This document shows positions 35,928 to 49,780 of a stretch of DNA of 64,000 nt, one piece after another (position 1 is the first letter of the stretch; each line of letters starts with the position of its first letter). The position numbers were made by a program, and so were the translations under genes. The DNA lies in contig OZ037834.1 in NCBI GenBank assembly GCA_964035575.1, positions 2,170,001-2,234,000 of the forward strand, written 5' to 3'. Source of the stretch: Rhynchopus sp. YZ270_cl-10. Lineage: Eukaryota. Under the pieces are notes generated by a model. The model searched no databases and was not told the origin of the DNA. It saw only the letters and a list, made by a program, of their open reading frames with translations.

Positions 35928-38900
35928 GATGATGAGGTGAATGAGGAGGTTGAGGGTAATGATCAGGCCAGAGGGAGAGGGGATAGGGAAATCCAACTGG
36001 TTAAAAAACTGCCCGCCCCCTGAACGCCACAATGAAGTACCAACTTGGAACTGTTACGAACAAGAGGAATCCAACTGGTTGATTAAACCACAGCAGGTCG
36101 ATTCATCACAGCGGTGGCGAGTGGCATGTGGGGGAAAAACACACATCTCTTAACAAAGGTTGAAGATACTATGGGGTTGTGAACCTCGCAGTGGGCGACG
36201 ACGTTCTGTGTTGTGGGGTTACTGGGATTGTTTGTTGTTTTGTGAGAAAAAATGAAAAAAGTAGAGCTCAATCCTTGGGTCTCCACTCTTACAAACCAGG
36301 TTTTTGAAGAAAAAAAAATTTCGGGCGTGGGGAGTGGAGTGGAGATACCCACTTTCATTCCCCCATTCGGCCGAAGGAAGAGCGGGTGGTGGTCTGCGGG
36401 GGGAGGGGAAATAACACAGTTTATAAAAAAAATATTTGGTTCGTTTATTGATATATTTTTCTGATGTTGATTTGTTCTTTTTTTTATTTTTATTTTTTGC
36501 TATTTTTCTTCCTCCCCTCCCTCACCACTTCTAACAACAGATCTGCCCTGTTTTGCTTTTTCTTGATGTGTACGCGCGAAGTATACGCATTCATCTTACA
36601 AATTTTTATTTACAGACACAGTCAGCTGTGCTATAACAATTTATGATTAAAGTGACTAATCATGAGCCCCCAAGCCTTACTTAAAACAAATTGCCACCCA
36701 CGAGTAGCAATAACACACATAAAAACAAATGACTGATGAATAAACCAAAGAATAATCTAATCAGACTAAGCATGAGGCTTAGGTCCATCTGATAAACGTT
36801 TCTTTTTATTTGAAAGTACTTGAGAGGGGTGGGGCCCTCCTCTGATGGCTAGGTTGCGAATAAAAAAAAGTGTAGTGTAGCACACTCGAGGGTGGCTGCA
36901 CTAATACAACCAAATTTTCAAAAAAAAAAAAACAAGTTCTGAAAGGTTTTCGTCTCATCAACCTTCTCTAGAGCTCTTCAAAGAAGGTTTGTCTTAATAT
37001 TTTATTGTACTGCGATCGTGATTGCCAAAAAAAAGGGGGAGTTTTTTTGTGTTATCAAGCATCGACGAATAGAAATGGAAAACGACGGATGGTGCGTGCC
37101 CGCTTTTAGCGTATTGGTTTTCCACTAACATACACATCACTCGCATTCATCAGTGAAAAACACAAACCTTTTGAAAAAGTGTTTTCTTTATTTCATTTGA
37201 CTGTCGTTGTGTGCCTGAAGCCGTTTTCTATTTTTTCGTCTGCAATAGGGTGCGAGAGAGAGTTATGAGTGAGTGAAGTGCCACTTCTGGCTTCGGCACT
37301 TTCACGGGTTTCATTCAATTGCTGTTTTTCTGGGGGGGTTTTTTTTGTAAAGATGTGCATTGCACTTGAGTTATGCAGTTGGGACAAGAAACTTTGCGTC
37401 CAAAAAACTTGTCGATCAAATATTGGCGGGTTTTTGGAGGTTTTCTTGCAATTTGACGACTTTTTTTGCTACCTTTTTTTTTTACACCGTTTTCAGAAAT
37501 TTTGTGTGTGAGAGTTTTTTTTTTTTTTTTTTGGCAGCAAAACAACTTCTACTCCACTAATCTAATCGAGTAAAAATATGGTGGACTCAGCGGAGGTCAG
37601 GCCCCGTGTCTTCCCGACTGTTTTGCCCCTTTAAGGAGCTCACGCAAGTGTGATGACTCCAGGCTGGGACGAACCCATATAGTCAGGGGTCTTGCTCCAG
37701 CGGGGGAAAACACATCACTTGTCCTACTGTATTCATATTACAACTGTTTTTTCTTTTTTCTTTTTTCTTTTTGAGGAAATACTACATGCTCCACCTCCCC
37801 TCCTACTGCAAAAAAGCTTACCCATGCTATTTTGCTCTCTTTTAAGGGTTCCTTTGAAACATCGTTGCAATAGTGGTTGCGAGATTAGTCGAAAAATCAA
37901 AACATTTTTTTTTTTTGGAGGAATTCGAAAGTTCTACTCACACTATAGTACATTGTTGTCATGCCAAAAAAGGATATTGCAGCAAGAAACAATGAGTTCT
38001 TTTCTGCTACTTCCCCCGGTGACAGTGCAGAGGGGCTTAGGATCATCTTATAAACTGTTCAGATGTGTGTGCACGAGAGGCACGTTTGGTGTGATTCAGG
38101 GGGGTACGAAACAACCCACAGGGAGAACCACGGAGAACTGTTTCGGGCTATATTAAGATTTGCGGAGCACCTTCGGGGGGAACCACGGAGAATCCGTTTG
38201 GGTGATCACACCAATAGTCATCTTTCGATTACGACCTTTCAAGTTTTTCTTTTTTGTTTGGGTCCCGGTACACCAGGTTATTGTACCAAATGAAATGGTA
38301 CACTGTTCACGAGAGGGCTTTGTATTTCAAGTCAAAACTGTTCTTTTATATTTTCTTTTTTCGGGTTTCAGTTTCTGCTTTTCTATGTTACGTTCCTAAC
38401 CAACGCAAAAAACCCCCCAGCAAGACAAAAAAAAAAAAGTACGACCACTCATGGTGTCAGAGGTTTTACGCACAAACCTTACAAAAAAAGCAGTATTTTT
38501 TCACCTCAACCATTACAAAAAAAACTTTCCGTTCAACAAAAATAAATACATGGCTTGCAGAGTACCGCGAGCAAGCCGTGAAGAAAAAAAGCCACTTATA
38601 CAAGAGGTGCTCCTTACGTTCTGACTCTTTCCAACATTCATTTTTAATCACGTTTTCTTTCAATCCTTTTAAACATACCAAAGTTGAAACATAGGTTACG
38701 AACGTGGGTTCGTGTTTTTGAGGGTGTTTTCGGACGCGCGGTTCGTTTTTATTTTTATACCTACAAGCGTAGCTTAAAGGAGAAATAGTTCCTCAGATAC
38801 GGTCGTCAATCACCCCTCCAACAGGGTAATTGAGCAATCAACAAAAAACCTTTTTTTTTTCCCCTTTTACTTTCCTATCAGAGTTACTATTTTTTTTTTT

Positions 38901-39614
38901 GTTTTTTGTTTTTTGTTTTTTTTCACGGTTTTTCAAACGCGCGTTTCACTTTTTTCCTCGCTTCTTAGTGCTGTGGTAGCTCCACGAGGAAAACCAGATA
39001 ATCCGTGATATCTGTGGTGCCGTTTTGTCTCCTTTTTTGGGTGGGGTTTCCTAATGGTGGCAGTATTGTGATGGGAGCCCAATTGAATGCGCAAAATACA
39101 TCAACAACACGTATATTGTGATGTATTTTTGATGTATTTTGCGTATTCCAATGGCTCCCGTCACAATACTGCCACCACTAGGGTTTACCCCCCTCTTTTT
39201 CTGGGTTCTTCTAACGAGGAATATTGTTACTGTTATTGTCGGGTTATTCTTTCTTATTTGTCTGTGTGTTCTTTCCCCGCGAGAGTTACACAGCATTTTT
39301 TTTTTTTATACCATTTTTTCCCCTCCAATTTTCGCACCCCCGTGTACTGGTCACGCACCAAAGTGACACAGTCATGAAAGTGCTTTGTGGATAAAAAAGG
39401 TGGCAATTTTTGCAATATAAAATAGATCTTGGAATGGATTTTAGCACGGCCTGTGTCTAAAACCTTCGGACCCAACCTTCTGCAGGATTCAGCCTCAAAA
39501 AAAAGTGCATATTTTTGCAAGTAGGTTGTGAGAATGCAAAAGAAGGAAAAAAATGGGGGAAACAATTGTGTAGGAAAATCAAGAATGGCTACCACAGAAT
39601 CAATTTCATATTTT

Positions 39615-39653
<39 letters not shown>

Positions 39654-40503
39654 AAAACAAAGGGAGAGAGAAGCAGAGGAAGAAATAATGGGGGTGGTAT
39701 GAAGGTGAAGAGAGGGGGTTCTTTTCTTTGATTGTGGTCAAGATGGCTAGCACATTGGGCTTACAGTACTCTAAATGCCAAACCTATTTGGTAGTACTGT
39801 AGGTTCATCAAGACGAGAACATAAATCAAACAATATTTCCCCCATTGGTGTGGCTGAAGAGGGCTGATTCGCTTATCTTGCGCACTTTTTTTTTTTTGTC
39901 ACCTCATGAAATGAAGGAGGAAATAGAAACAACGCATTTTGAACACACTTTTGCGGTTCTTGGGACGAACCGCGCTGCAGAGCCACGCCTCACCAAACAG
40001 GTCGAGGTGTGTGCGTTTCACCACAACCTCTCTCCTTTGGTTTTATCGTGTAATAAGTGTTACGTTTCTATTTCACCCCCATTCCGCCACACCATCTATT
40101 CTTTCTTTTTTTCGTCGTTGTTTTTCGCTGTTCCCTTTCCAGGGTTGGAGCCTAGTTTTCCAAAGGCCGGACAAAAAAAAAACATACCACCCCTTTTATT
40201 TGAAGAAAACTTTCATCTGTTGTTCCCCATCCCTAAAAGAATTTTATGATCATACATGCTATTCCATACCACGCAGTTCGATATGTGTTTTCTTTTTTTT
40301 TCTTTTTTCCTTTTTTTTCTATACCTATGCAATCAATTATTGAACGCATATGTTGAAATACATAATCTTTTCTTTTTTTTTTTTTGTCAAAAATGAGGGT
40401 AATACATGTTACGCCCTTAAACGTTTTGCTGTTTGCTAAAAGCGTATTCGAATTTGTTCATTTGTCCTACTTTCTCTTTGATCGAAAAGTATTATGAAAT
40501 TAA

Positions 40504-42108
40504 CCCTATACACCCCAAGAGCCACTTTAATGGCTTTCGAAATGACGCCATGCTATTAGACAGGTTCAACTCATTTTCGTAAAAACATTTTTTTTATGTG
40601 GAAAGAATTTGCACCGATCTTTCAAAAGAAGCAAGAGTCGAACACTTTTGTGCATCTGATATTACTTTCGGTGCTGGGGGCTGGGGTGCCACTTTCACCA
40701 AAAGTGACGTTTTTTCCCCCACACCCCAAATATGTACCTTTCACGATACCCAATGCCTCCAAGCGCTCAGTCGGGTTCTACCCATTTTCGTGAACACATA
40801 TTTTTATATATTTCGAAAGATTTTTCGCTGATCTTTCAAAAGAAGCAAGAATCGAAAACTTTTATGCATCTGATAATACTTTCGATGCTGGGGGGAGGCG
40901 GGGTGGGGGTGTGGGCACCCCTGTGACCCCCCCCATATTCTAAAATCTGTAAGACAACGTGCTCTGACATAGGTTCTACTCATTTTCGTAAAAACACTTT
41001 TTTTATGTTGAAAGAATTTGCACCGATCTTTCAAAAGAAGCAAAAATCGAAAACTTTTGTGCATCTGATATTACTTTCGATGCTGGGGGGAGTAGTACCA
41101 CTTTTCACGGCCCTTTGGGCGGGCATCCCCTATTCTGGTTCCTCAATGACACCCCATGCTCTGTATGAGGTTCTACTCGTTTTCGTTAAAATATTTTTAT
41201 ATATTTCAAAGATTTTGACACGAATCTTTCAAAAGAAACAAGAATCGAAAACTTTTACGCATCTGATTGCACTTTGGATCTGTCTACTGCTACCCACCCA
41301 AGAGGCACCCTTTCGACCCGAAGGACATGGTTATGGCTAAGGGTCATCATGATCTGATAATGGTTCTGCTTGTTTTCGTAAAAATCCTTTGGTTTATGGG
41401 GAAACTATTTGACTCAAATCTTTTAAAATAAGCAAAAATCGAAAACCTTTGTGCATCTGTTTGCCATTTGGATGCTGTGGCGAGTTGCCACCAAAACCAC
41501 AAAAACACCCCACACACACGACCTATGCAGAGCACACAGTAAGCCGAATTTTCACTGTTTTTTCGTATTTCGGGGTGCTTTTTTCATGGATTTTCGGGCC
41601 ACAGGGTCGTTCCGACCCATTCTGGGGGCTTTAACACGACCTCAGGAGATGCCCAAATTGTGAAAAATCGCCCATTTTTTACGTTTTTAGACATGTTTCA
41701 GTGTAAATCGTTAAGGAAACCAGTTTTAGACATGGCTGCTAACAGAGCTGCACTCATATAAGTTGGGTTCTACTAGGACTTTTTGCTCGATTTTTTTTTC
41801 TTTGAAAAGATTTTGTGATCAATCTTTCAAATAACGCCATTTTCGGACAACAATAATTTACGGGTTTTTCCTCGGCCGGCCGAATTAGTCAAAAACCAAA
41901 AAGTGGATTTTATGCTTACCTCATTTCGGGGATAACATTTTTTTTCGAAAAAAAACTTAAAAATATGGAATTGAAAGCCGTGTTCAAAATCTTTCAATTG
42001 CGGCCAGGTACGATCAAAAATTTGCATCTGGGGTCCCCTTACCGGTTGGAGAGCCCCAAAAACCAAAACTCAAAAGTGGCTTGAAAAAACGGCTTGGGAG
42101 GTATAGGG
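40504..42108. mobile_element. Non-autonomous piggyBac-like element, 1605 bp, with internal sub-repeats of about 200 bp
   Basis: TTAA at 40500-40503 and 42109-42112. Ends CCCTATAC.../...GTATAGGG. The repeat core ATCTTTCAAAAGAA-x-CAA recurs near 40616, 40830, 41025, 41224 and, degenerate, 41417. Confidence 0.85.
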
Positions 42109-44423
42109 TTAACAATTCATTTGAAAAGAAAAAGAGGGAAAGAGAAAAAGCACCATCTATTCTATTTCAAAGAATAGGTGCGTGTACACAGTGCACATCA
42201 CCTCTTCACGCTTTTTTTTTTGTTAAAATGTGACCAAAAAAAGTCCTCAGTGAGCGCTTTTTTGGGTTCATCTTACAAACTTTTTTATTCCTTTTACTTC
42301 CCGACATTATTATGTGTTTTTTCAATACAGCCGCCATCAACTTTTTTTTGTACAGGTTGGAAAAGACTGTGCACACTGCTTACACGTTTCCAACAGAGTA
42401 ACCAACACCGTGCACAGCAGACTCAAGCCTCCACTAAGGCTTCGATAACCTGCGAAGAAGCGTCAGTGCCCTGCGCCCCGAGGCGCTTTGCACCACCCAA
42501 CTACACCCCCCTTTTTTTTTGCTTTACTTCTTCACTTATTATTTAAGGATGTGTGCTGCAGGAGGCAAATTCATCCTGCAACTTTACGTATTTTCTTCCC
42601 CTCGGTGCCTAACGTCCGCTGAGGTGTGTTTTTTTTTTTTTTTTTTTTTTTTTTGCATTTTTTTGTCAACTTCTGTTTGGTGACAGTGTTCGAAAGACGT
42701 CTACAGTCAAGCGAGGCAGACCTTCCATGTTTCTTAGTCCTGGAGTAAGCTGTTCTTACTGAGGGGTGAGGTGTGATGTCTGTAAGGACGTCGAAGAAGA
42801 AAAAAAAAACGCTTTGTGCTTTCATCCGGGGCTGGCATCGTGGGTCAGTCGAAGTGCCTATTCAGTAACTATTTTTCTTAAAACGCTTGTAGTGTGAAGG
42901 AGTATGTGGGGAGGGGCTAACTTGTGTTATCATATATTGATGTGTGTGTTTGAAAGCAAATGTGGGTGGTTCGAAAGTGAGCACATTTTCTTGGATAAAT
43001 TGATGGAAATTGATGCAATAAAAAAAAATAAAATCTTTCCGCCTTTTTTCTTCTTCAATACAACAAAACATGTTTCGCCAATTGAACGAATTTGTAACAT
43101 AGTCACGCACTCCCGCGAAGAACGAAAAAAAAAAAAAATCTTCACCATTCCTAAATCATTGCGTATTGTGTGATAACTCGTCTCCGCCTGTGTCTCGGAA
43201 TCAAAAAAAAAATATTACCCATCCTGGGCCCATGGACGCTGGAGTCGATTATTAGGAAGCCCGGCTTCCCTTCCCTTTTTTTTCAGCAACTCCCAAAGTG
43301 CAACACTCCGGGGGTTCAAAATCCCAACTGTCGCGTGTTCAGGCACAACATTGGTGCGTCCCAAAGGCGTTGTGCATCAACTTCACTCCCCGAAATCCTA
43401 CACGGTTCCTTTTCACACCCCAGAAGGCAAAGGTTTCTTTAGAAACTTTGTTGTGAACGTTTTTTTTTGCGTACCTGATCTGAGATACTTTCTGTAAAAC
43501 AGAAAGTCTAATATTGTGAACTCACACATGCGCTGCTTTTTCTTTTCTTCTTCCTTTTTTTGACAACCCTGGGCGGGTCGGCATGGTGTAATTGGGTCAG
43601 CACTTAAAACCGGTTTCGAGTTTTATTTGCTTGACAAAAAATGTTGTTTATTTTTGGTCAGCAGGTGAACCCACGGGAGAACTATAAATTTGTTGGAATT
43701 GAAATGGAAAAATATAGTAAAAATTAGTGGGGAATTGTTTACTTAGGTTGTGAACGTGCACAACGAGGTTCAGCTTACAACGTTTCCCCCCTATTTTTCT
43801 TTCCCCACCACTCCCCCAAAAATCCCTTACGATGATGCTAAGGGTGGTCAAAAAGGTGCTAACGGTTGACTCTCCACAGACAGTGTGATTTGGGCCGATA
43901 CCCCTTTCCCCCACTCGGTGACTTAACCGCGGAGAGGCTTATCGCCCCTTCGTCTTGAAACTCCCTCACCCCCTCAGTGTGGGTGTAGTACAGCAACCCA
44001 AACGTTTAGTACAGTTTACAGTTTAGTACAGATTGGTACAGTGCAAGGGGGTGTGTGAGTGCAGTTGCTCGAGAGCTTCTCAGGACGGTGATTGCACCTT
44101 CTGTTCGCAGGAGTGTTCATGACTCCAAACATGCGGGGTTTTCTCGCGGAATTTTCTTTGGTGTGGATGCAAACTTTGAGGATTTAAAAAAAAACCCCTA
44201 GCTGAAGAAGGTGATGGGGGAACGTCTTACCGTCCTTCTTGTACTAAACCTAGTGATCTGTACCAAAGTGTAATAAAACCTAAAAATCTCAAGAGTTTTT
44301 AATACAGAGTTTTAATACAGTTTAATACAATAGCTGTTTACAACAACTTTGTACGAAAACCCTGCCAACACCCCCCTCTTTTTGTGATAATCTTATTTTG
44401 GATTAGTGTAGCGCAGTCTGCAC

Positions 44424-45617
44424 CAGGGCTGTTCCTTATTCTCGTTTTTTCCCCCAAAAATCGCTGGTTTTATTCTCGTTTTTTTCCTTTATTTTTTAAA
44501 CCCGCAGAGGCAGGTTTTTCCTGCATTTTTGCCAGATTTGAGCCAATCCCGTTCTGTGGTGGGGCATATTCGGAAAAATGGACAAAATTTTAGTGACTTA
44601 AATTTTCACAAATATGAACCCATACTCGTAAAGAAGGGTCATTTTCAGGTCTGAAAACCCAACTTCAGATGAAATTATGGTGTTGTTGACTGGGAACAGG
44701 TAGCGCCGCAGGCGCACGGTACCCAACTTTTGTCTTTTTGTCTTTTCCTTTTTCTCTGCTTTCTTTTGATTGCGCGAGCCGATTGCTCTCCACGGTGGGG
44801 TCACATGTGTGTGCAAAAACACTCTAAAGTACCCTCACTATGAACTATGAGGTTCTCTGGTTTAGTCCGGTCTGCGAAAGAATTGCACCAAGCACGCGTG
44901 GTGCACGAATTATCAGTAACCTCAGTACATTTACAAAAGAAACGGCGGTCATGGCACCCAAAGGTTCCTGGCGAAGCCACGGTACGCAACATTTCAAAAA
45001 ATGTTGACATAAAATGGCACTGTCGTTGGTAATTATCGTAAGTTTCCATAAATTTTACTTCCCTGTTTTGCTGAAACGAAAGTTTTTGGCGAAGCCACGG
45101 TACGCAACATTTCAAAAAAATGTTGCTCAAAATTGCATACTTTTACTGCCACAGAACAGCTACAACTACAGTGCACAGAATACTTTTTTTTTGCTTATTT
45201 CGCACATTTGGGAGCATGGGACCCCAACATTTTTTTCCTGGTCATTTTTTCCCAGACAGAAGTGCCTACATACCTTCCCCCTTAGGCGAAAAAAAAGTGT
45301 GGCAACCACGAAAATTCCTTCGGTGCGGCATTTCCAAAATCTAAAATCCGCATTTTGGGAGGCATATATGGGGAAAAGCCTGCGCCGCAGGCGGATTTTT
45401 TTTTTTTTTTGGGGGGGGTTTTTTTTTTTCCCCCCCACCCGAAAACCTGATCTTTGGCTTGTTTGCATACCACCCCGACCAGTGGTGTACAAAATTTTGG
45501 CTCCTAACCTAGTAGAAGCAGGCTAAAACCCAACGAAGGAAAAAAGGAAAAAAAAAAAGGAAAAAAAACTCAAAAATCAGAATCCCTTATTCTCATTCTC
45601 ACTTAGGAACAGCCCTG
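44424..45617. mobile_element. hAT-type non-autonomous element, 1194 bp
   Basis: TIR CAGGGCTGTTCCT. 8-bp TSD GTCTGCAC at 44416-44423 and 45618-45625. Confidence 0.9.
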
Positions 45618-45654
45618 GTCTGCACTGTAATTTTTTTTTTTTGAGCAACTTATG

Positions 45655-46310
45655 CAGGGTATTAGGGTGAAAATCCAAAATTCCGGAAAAAACTGGTTTT
45701 TCTGGTTTTCTCTCCTGGGTGGCGAAAACTAGTGTTTCCGGCGAAAACCTCCACCGTTGACGGACACAGTCACCTTTTTCGGGGGTGGGTCAGTGTCTTA
45801 TCTTGGAATCCAGATTTCAAGATTGGGGAGGTCAGCTTGTTTTTTGCTCAAAATATATTTCGGCGCTGCTGACCAGTGTAGGCATCGGCAACATAGGGAC
45901 TGTATTTTTTTGCGGAGCAAAAAAAATAATATAAAATGGCGCCGCAGGCGAAAAATTTTGGGGGTACGGTGTAAAAATCTAGCTTTTTACACCACAGAGC
46001 CACTCAACGAACCCTTTTTTGCGGAGCAAAAAATGAAAAATGGCGCCGCAGGCAAAAAAAAAAATCAAGGAACAGCCATTTCCCAAGGCATTCCCGTGGT
46101 TCAACCACGGTTCTACCAGGCGGGGAAAAAATGCGGGGGAAAAAATCGAGTCCGCCCTAATCTGGGGACGACATTTACAGAAAGGCCTGGTGAAAAGTGT
46201 CGGTTTTTTTTTTCCCTCCAGATTTCTCTGTTTTTTTTTTTTTTTTTGAAAACCAGTTTTTGGAAAAACTGGTTTTCAAAACCAGTTTTTTTAACCACCC
46301 TAATACCCTG
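45655..46310. mobile_element. hAT-type MITE, 656 bp
   Basis: TIR CAGGGTATTAGGGTG. 8-bp TSD AACTTATG at 45647-45654 and 46311-46318. Confidence 0.9.
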
Positions 46311-46986
46311 AACTTATGGTTCGTTAGTCTTTCCTTCTTCTTCTTTTTTAGGTGCACTGTTCACGAGAGTACTTTGTATTTCAAGCCAAAAAAATTTTCA
46401 ACCAAAAAGCCAGCAAAACCCATATTTTAAAGGTTTTGTCCCCCCTTTTTTAAAATTTCCAGTGCACTGCGTACTATGTGTTGTTGCACTCTTAATCTTT
46501 TGCTATGCCTTCATGGGCATGGGAGGTCCCTACTATTTTCTAGTATTGTCGGTCCTCCAGGACGTTTGTTGGGGGTTTTTTTTTGGGTCTTGCGGGTCAG
46601 ACACTGCGCTGTGCGCAGATGGACGAAACCCTGAAAAAAATAAAGTGCAAGAATTTCCTCACCTTGGATCCCCCCCTCCTTTTCAAAAAAGGACACTCCC
46701 CACTGCCTCCCTCAAAAAAGTCTTTCAACAATGTTGTCGAAAAGCTAAGAATTTAAAAAAATGGATTTTCTTTCTCCCCCTTTTTTTCAGTTGCCCCCCC
46801 ACCACCCCCAACCCCAACCCCATATATTTATATCATCTTCAAAACAGATTACGTCCAACAAAAAAAATTCACGAAAATTCACGAAAAAAAGCGGTTCTCT
46901 GGCACAATTCAACTAACCACCATCGTTAAAAAAAACCCCCCCTTTTACATGCCCTTTGTCGTAGTCCACAAAAAAGCAACCATACA

Positions 46987-49116
46987 ATGAGTGATACCGT
47001 TTCTCCCGATGTTGCGATTCCTAGCGATTCGTTGCCGGCATTGCTGCTGCAGGTCGAGGCGCAGCGGATGGCACTCGAAGTCATGACCGGCAAGACCTGC
47101 CAGGTCCAGCACGCCCTCCAACAGGTCCGCGACGGCCTGCTACGCGAAGTAGTAGACCTCCAACGTGCCGAGCAAAGCTTCTACAAAAGCGCCGCCCCCA
47201 ACTTCTTCGAATCACAGTACACCAAAACCTATGGGAAGGGACGCCCTGATGCCGTGGCAAAAATGCAGGAAGGGATTGCGCATATTACCGACCTTCTAAA
47301 AGAGCAGAACACCACACTACGACTGCTTGCAGCAGGGACAGTACACACAGCGCCAGCCAAGCCTCTCAAGACACTTCGAACAAACAACCACAACAACGCG
47401 CAAAAAGAACGCCTCCGGCAAGAGGTAAAACAACACACCGAAAAGCGTGAGGCTGTCCGCACCGTCGCCCTGCAGCACGCACCGCCTAAGACATTAACAG
47501 TTGAACAATTGGTAGCACTAAACCAGGCTGCAGAAGAAAAGCATCGTGGCCAATTAATCGGTCTCCAAGCTGAGATTGATGTACTCAAGAAGAGAGTTGC
47601 CGCTGTGAACACTGCAGAGGCAAGAGAAATGGTGGATGTGACGAGACAGCATTTTTTTGAGCTGCGTGAAGGGATCTTCTTTGTGAAGCATGCGGTGCAC
47701 GTCTTCCGGAAGTGGCTCTGGAAGAACCAGGTCTTTTCTCTCCTACACGACGCGGCAGTAAAACAAAGCAATAAGGTCCAGGGCCTAACGCTGATGCTCC
47801 CCTTGGTCACATCGATTGTTCACACTGCACACCGTTTCACATCCTCAGCTTTACGCCACCCACAGAACGTCCAAATCCTCAACGATGTAACATCCTGGTG
47901 GAACTCCGACACCAGCTCTCTTCCTGAAGACTTCATGACCGGGATTCCCTTTAAATTTGAGAACAAAGGCCACTTTGAACAAGAGGCCCTTATCATGCAC
48001 AAACAATACAAGCTTACCACACATCTCCTCCACACTGCAAAGTCCTCTAGGGAGACCTGCATTAAACAAGCTGAGGAAATCGAAAAACTCAAAACATCAA
48101 TAAAAGAGCTGCAAGCTGAGAAAGAATTTATGGAACAACAACAGAATATGCTGAAGATGACAATAGAAGAGATGGCGAATGATCGCCGTGCAGGGAAAAG
48201 GGGGAAACGGGTTAAAGATAAAAAGGATCTTTCCAGCAAAAAGGGGAGTTCGCGCAGTATGTACGGCGCAAAGAGTTTTATGAAGGGTCCTGGGAAGAAG
48301 AAATCTGGGTTGAAACGACACAGTTCGCGTACCTCTCAGAAGTCGTTCAAATTCCGTTCTCTGTCTCGGTCTACGTCGCCAGGTTCTGCTACCACGGCGA
48401 CTACGACTGCGTCACGTGCCTCGTTTCGTTCGATGTCATCATTCACGCCAAAAAGAGGAAAGAAAGGACGGAAGAGTATCAGGCCAGATCGCCACCATGA
48501 GTCTTCATCATCTTCGTCTTCATCACTCAAAAGCACGTCGATTCGCAAGAAAAAACACGAAGAGGAGACACACCGCACCCGAGAAGCCGAAGAAATTCAC
48601 GAAGAAAGCGAAGACAGCCTTTCCGACGGCGAAATTGAAGCGGTTGAAATGTTCACTCAGGTTATGGGCGCACGGCTGGTGGGGCAGTTCTTTGTGAAGT
48701 GGCTGAAGGTGCACTACAAAAGGGTGGGTGCGGAGTCAGTACGGCGGACTGTGGCGCAGACGTTGCACCAGACAGCAGCAGCATCGTTGAGGGGACAGCG
48801 TTTGGGTGACGTCTCACGACGGCAGGAGCGGGATGCGGTGCACAAAACGATGGAGCGGGTGACACGCCTGACCCTGCCATTGCACATTGCGCTGCCGGGG
48901 GGTGGGTCCAGTGGGGCACGCACGCAGCGAAGGGCGTTGTCTCCACAGAGGTGTGGTGGTGGTGGTAAGGAGATCTACGGTTACTTTGCCCCCCCAGCGA
49001 CAGCGGCAGGCGAGGCAGCAGTGCATATGCCGCGTCCACCAGAGGGTGGAGCAGAAGCAGGTCCAGGTCTAGGGTGGATACAGACCTGGCGAGCAGCCCT
49101 GCATGGAGACAATTGA
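46987..49116 (+). CDS. Hypothetical coiled-coil protein with a Ser/Lys/Arg-rich low-complexity region
   Basis: 709-codon ORF with coding-like composition and heptad-rich segments. No family recognised. Confidence 0.75.
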   Translation: MSDTVSPDVAIPSDSLPALLLQVEAQRMALEVMTGKTCQVQHALQQVRDGLLREVVDLQRAEQSFYKSAAPNFFESQYTKTYGKGRPDAVAKMQEGIAHITDLLKEQNTTLRLLAAGTVHTAPAKPLKTLRTNNHNNAQKERLRQEVKQHTEKREAVRTVALQHAPPKTLTVEQLVALNQAAEEKHRGQLIGLQAEIDVLKKRVAAVNTAEAREMVDVTRQHFFELREGIFFVKHAVHVFRKWLWKNQVFSLLHDAAVKQSNKVQGLTLMLPLVTSIVHTAHRFTSSALRHPQNVQILNDVTSWWNSDTSSLPEDFMTGIPFKFENKGHFEQEALIMHKQYKLTTHLLHTAKSSRETCIKQAEEIEKLKTSIKELQAEKEFMEQQQNMLKMTIEEMANDRRAGKRGKRVKDKKDLSSKKGSSRSMYGAKSFMKGPGKKKSGLKRHSSRTSQKSFKFRSLSRSTSPGSATTATTTASRASFRSMSSFTPKRGKKGRKSIRPDRHHESSSSSSSSLKSTSIRKKKHEEETHRTREAEEIHEESEDSLSDGEIEAVEMFTQVMGARLVGQFFVKWLKVHYKRVGAESVRRTVAQTLHQTAAASLRGQRLGDVSRRQERDAVHKTMERVTRLTLPLHIALPGGGSSGARTQRRALSPQRCGGGGKEIYGYFAPPATAAGEAAVHMPRPPEGGAEAGPGLGWIQTWRAALHGDN

Positions 49117-49780
49117 ATTTCTCCTCCTTTTTGGAGGTGTTTCTGCACAGTGGTATTATGCATGGTTTTTTTTGCAACAGGTTTCTCAATGGGGTAAGAA
49201 AATCATGCGCCCTTTCTTGTCTTCTGTTCTCATCAGAAAGGTTGTGCACGAATTGCCCGAATTATTTACACATTTTTTTCATTTTTGTAATTTTGTGTGG
49301 CGTGCAAACAGTCCTAAAGCACCACACCAAAATTGTAACCCATTTTTTCTAACACGAATCAAACCTTCTCTTCTCTCTTCTCTTTTCAACCCCGACGGGA
49401 CTCTCACCCTCTATGGCGCTTCATTCCAGAAGACTTACTCCTCCAACGTATGGCCCTCCCCATGGTGCCGACAAACATCTCAACCACCCCGGGGGTCATA
49501 TGACCGACATCAATCTTATCATTCATTTGCTTGACACTCTACACAAAGACCGAATAGGGGTCACGACTGCGATTTCCCAAAGGCAAGGTGTCGTTATGTG
49601 TTGTCGCATCTCAACTCCTTTTGGATTTGCCAAAAAAAGGGGGGAAATCATGAACATTTCAGGTACCCGAAATGCGAAACGATCCCGCGCACGCAACACA
49701 CATTGTCTAACAGCGTTCACCTTCTTCCACTTCCTCCTCCTCACCTCTATCACAACACTACAGAAACCCCCACCGTTGCA

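Noticed and set aside
43575..43625. tRNA-like A and B boxes (TGGTGTAATTGG...GGTTTCGAG)
   Set aside because: Spacing is too short, with no acceptor or anticodon stems; at most a decayed fragment.
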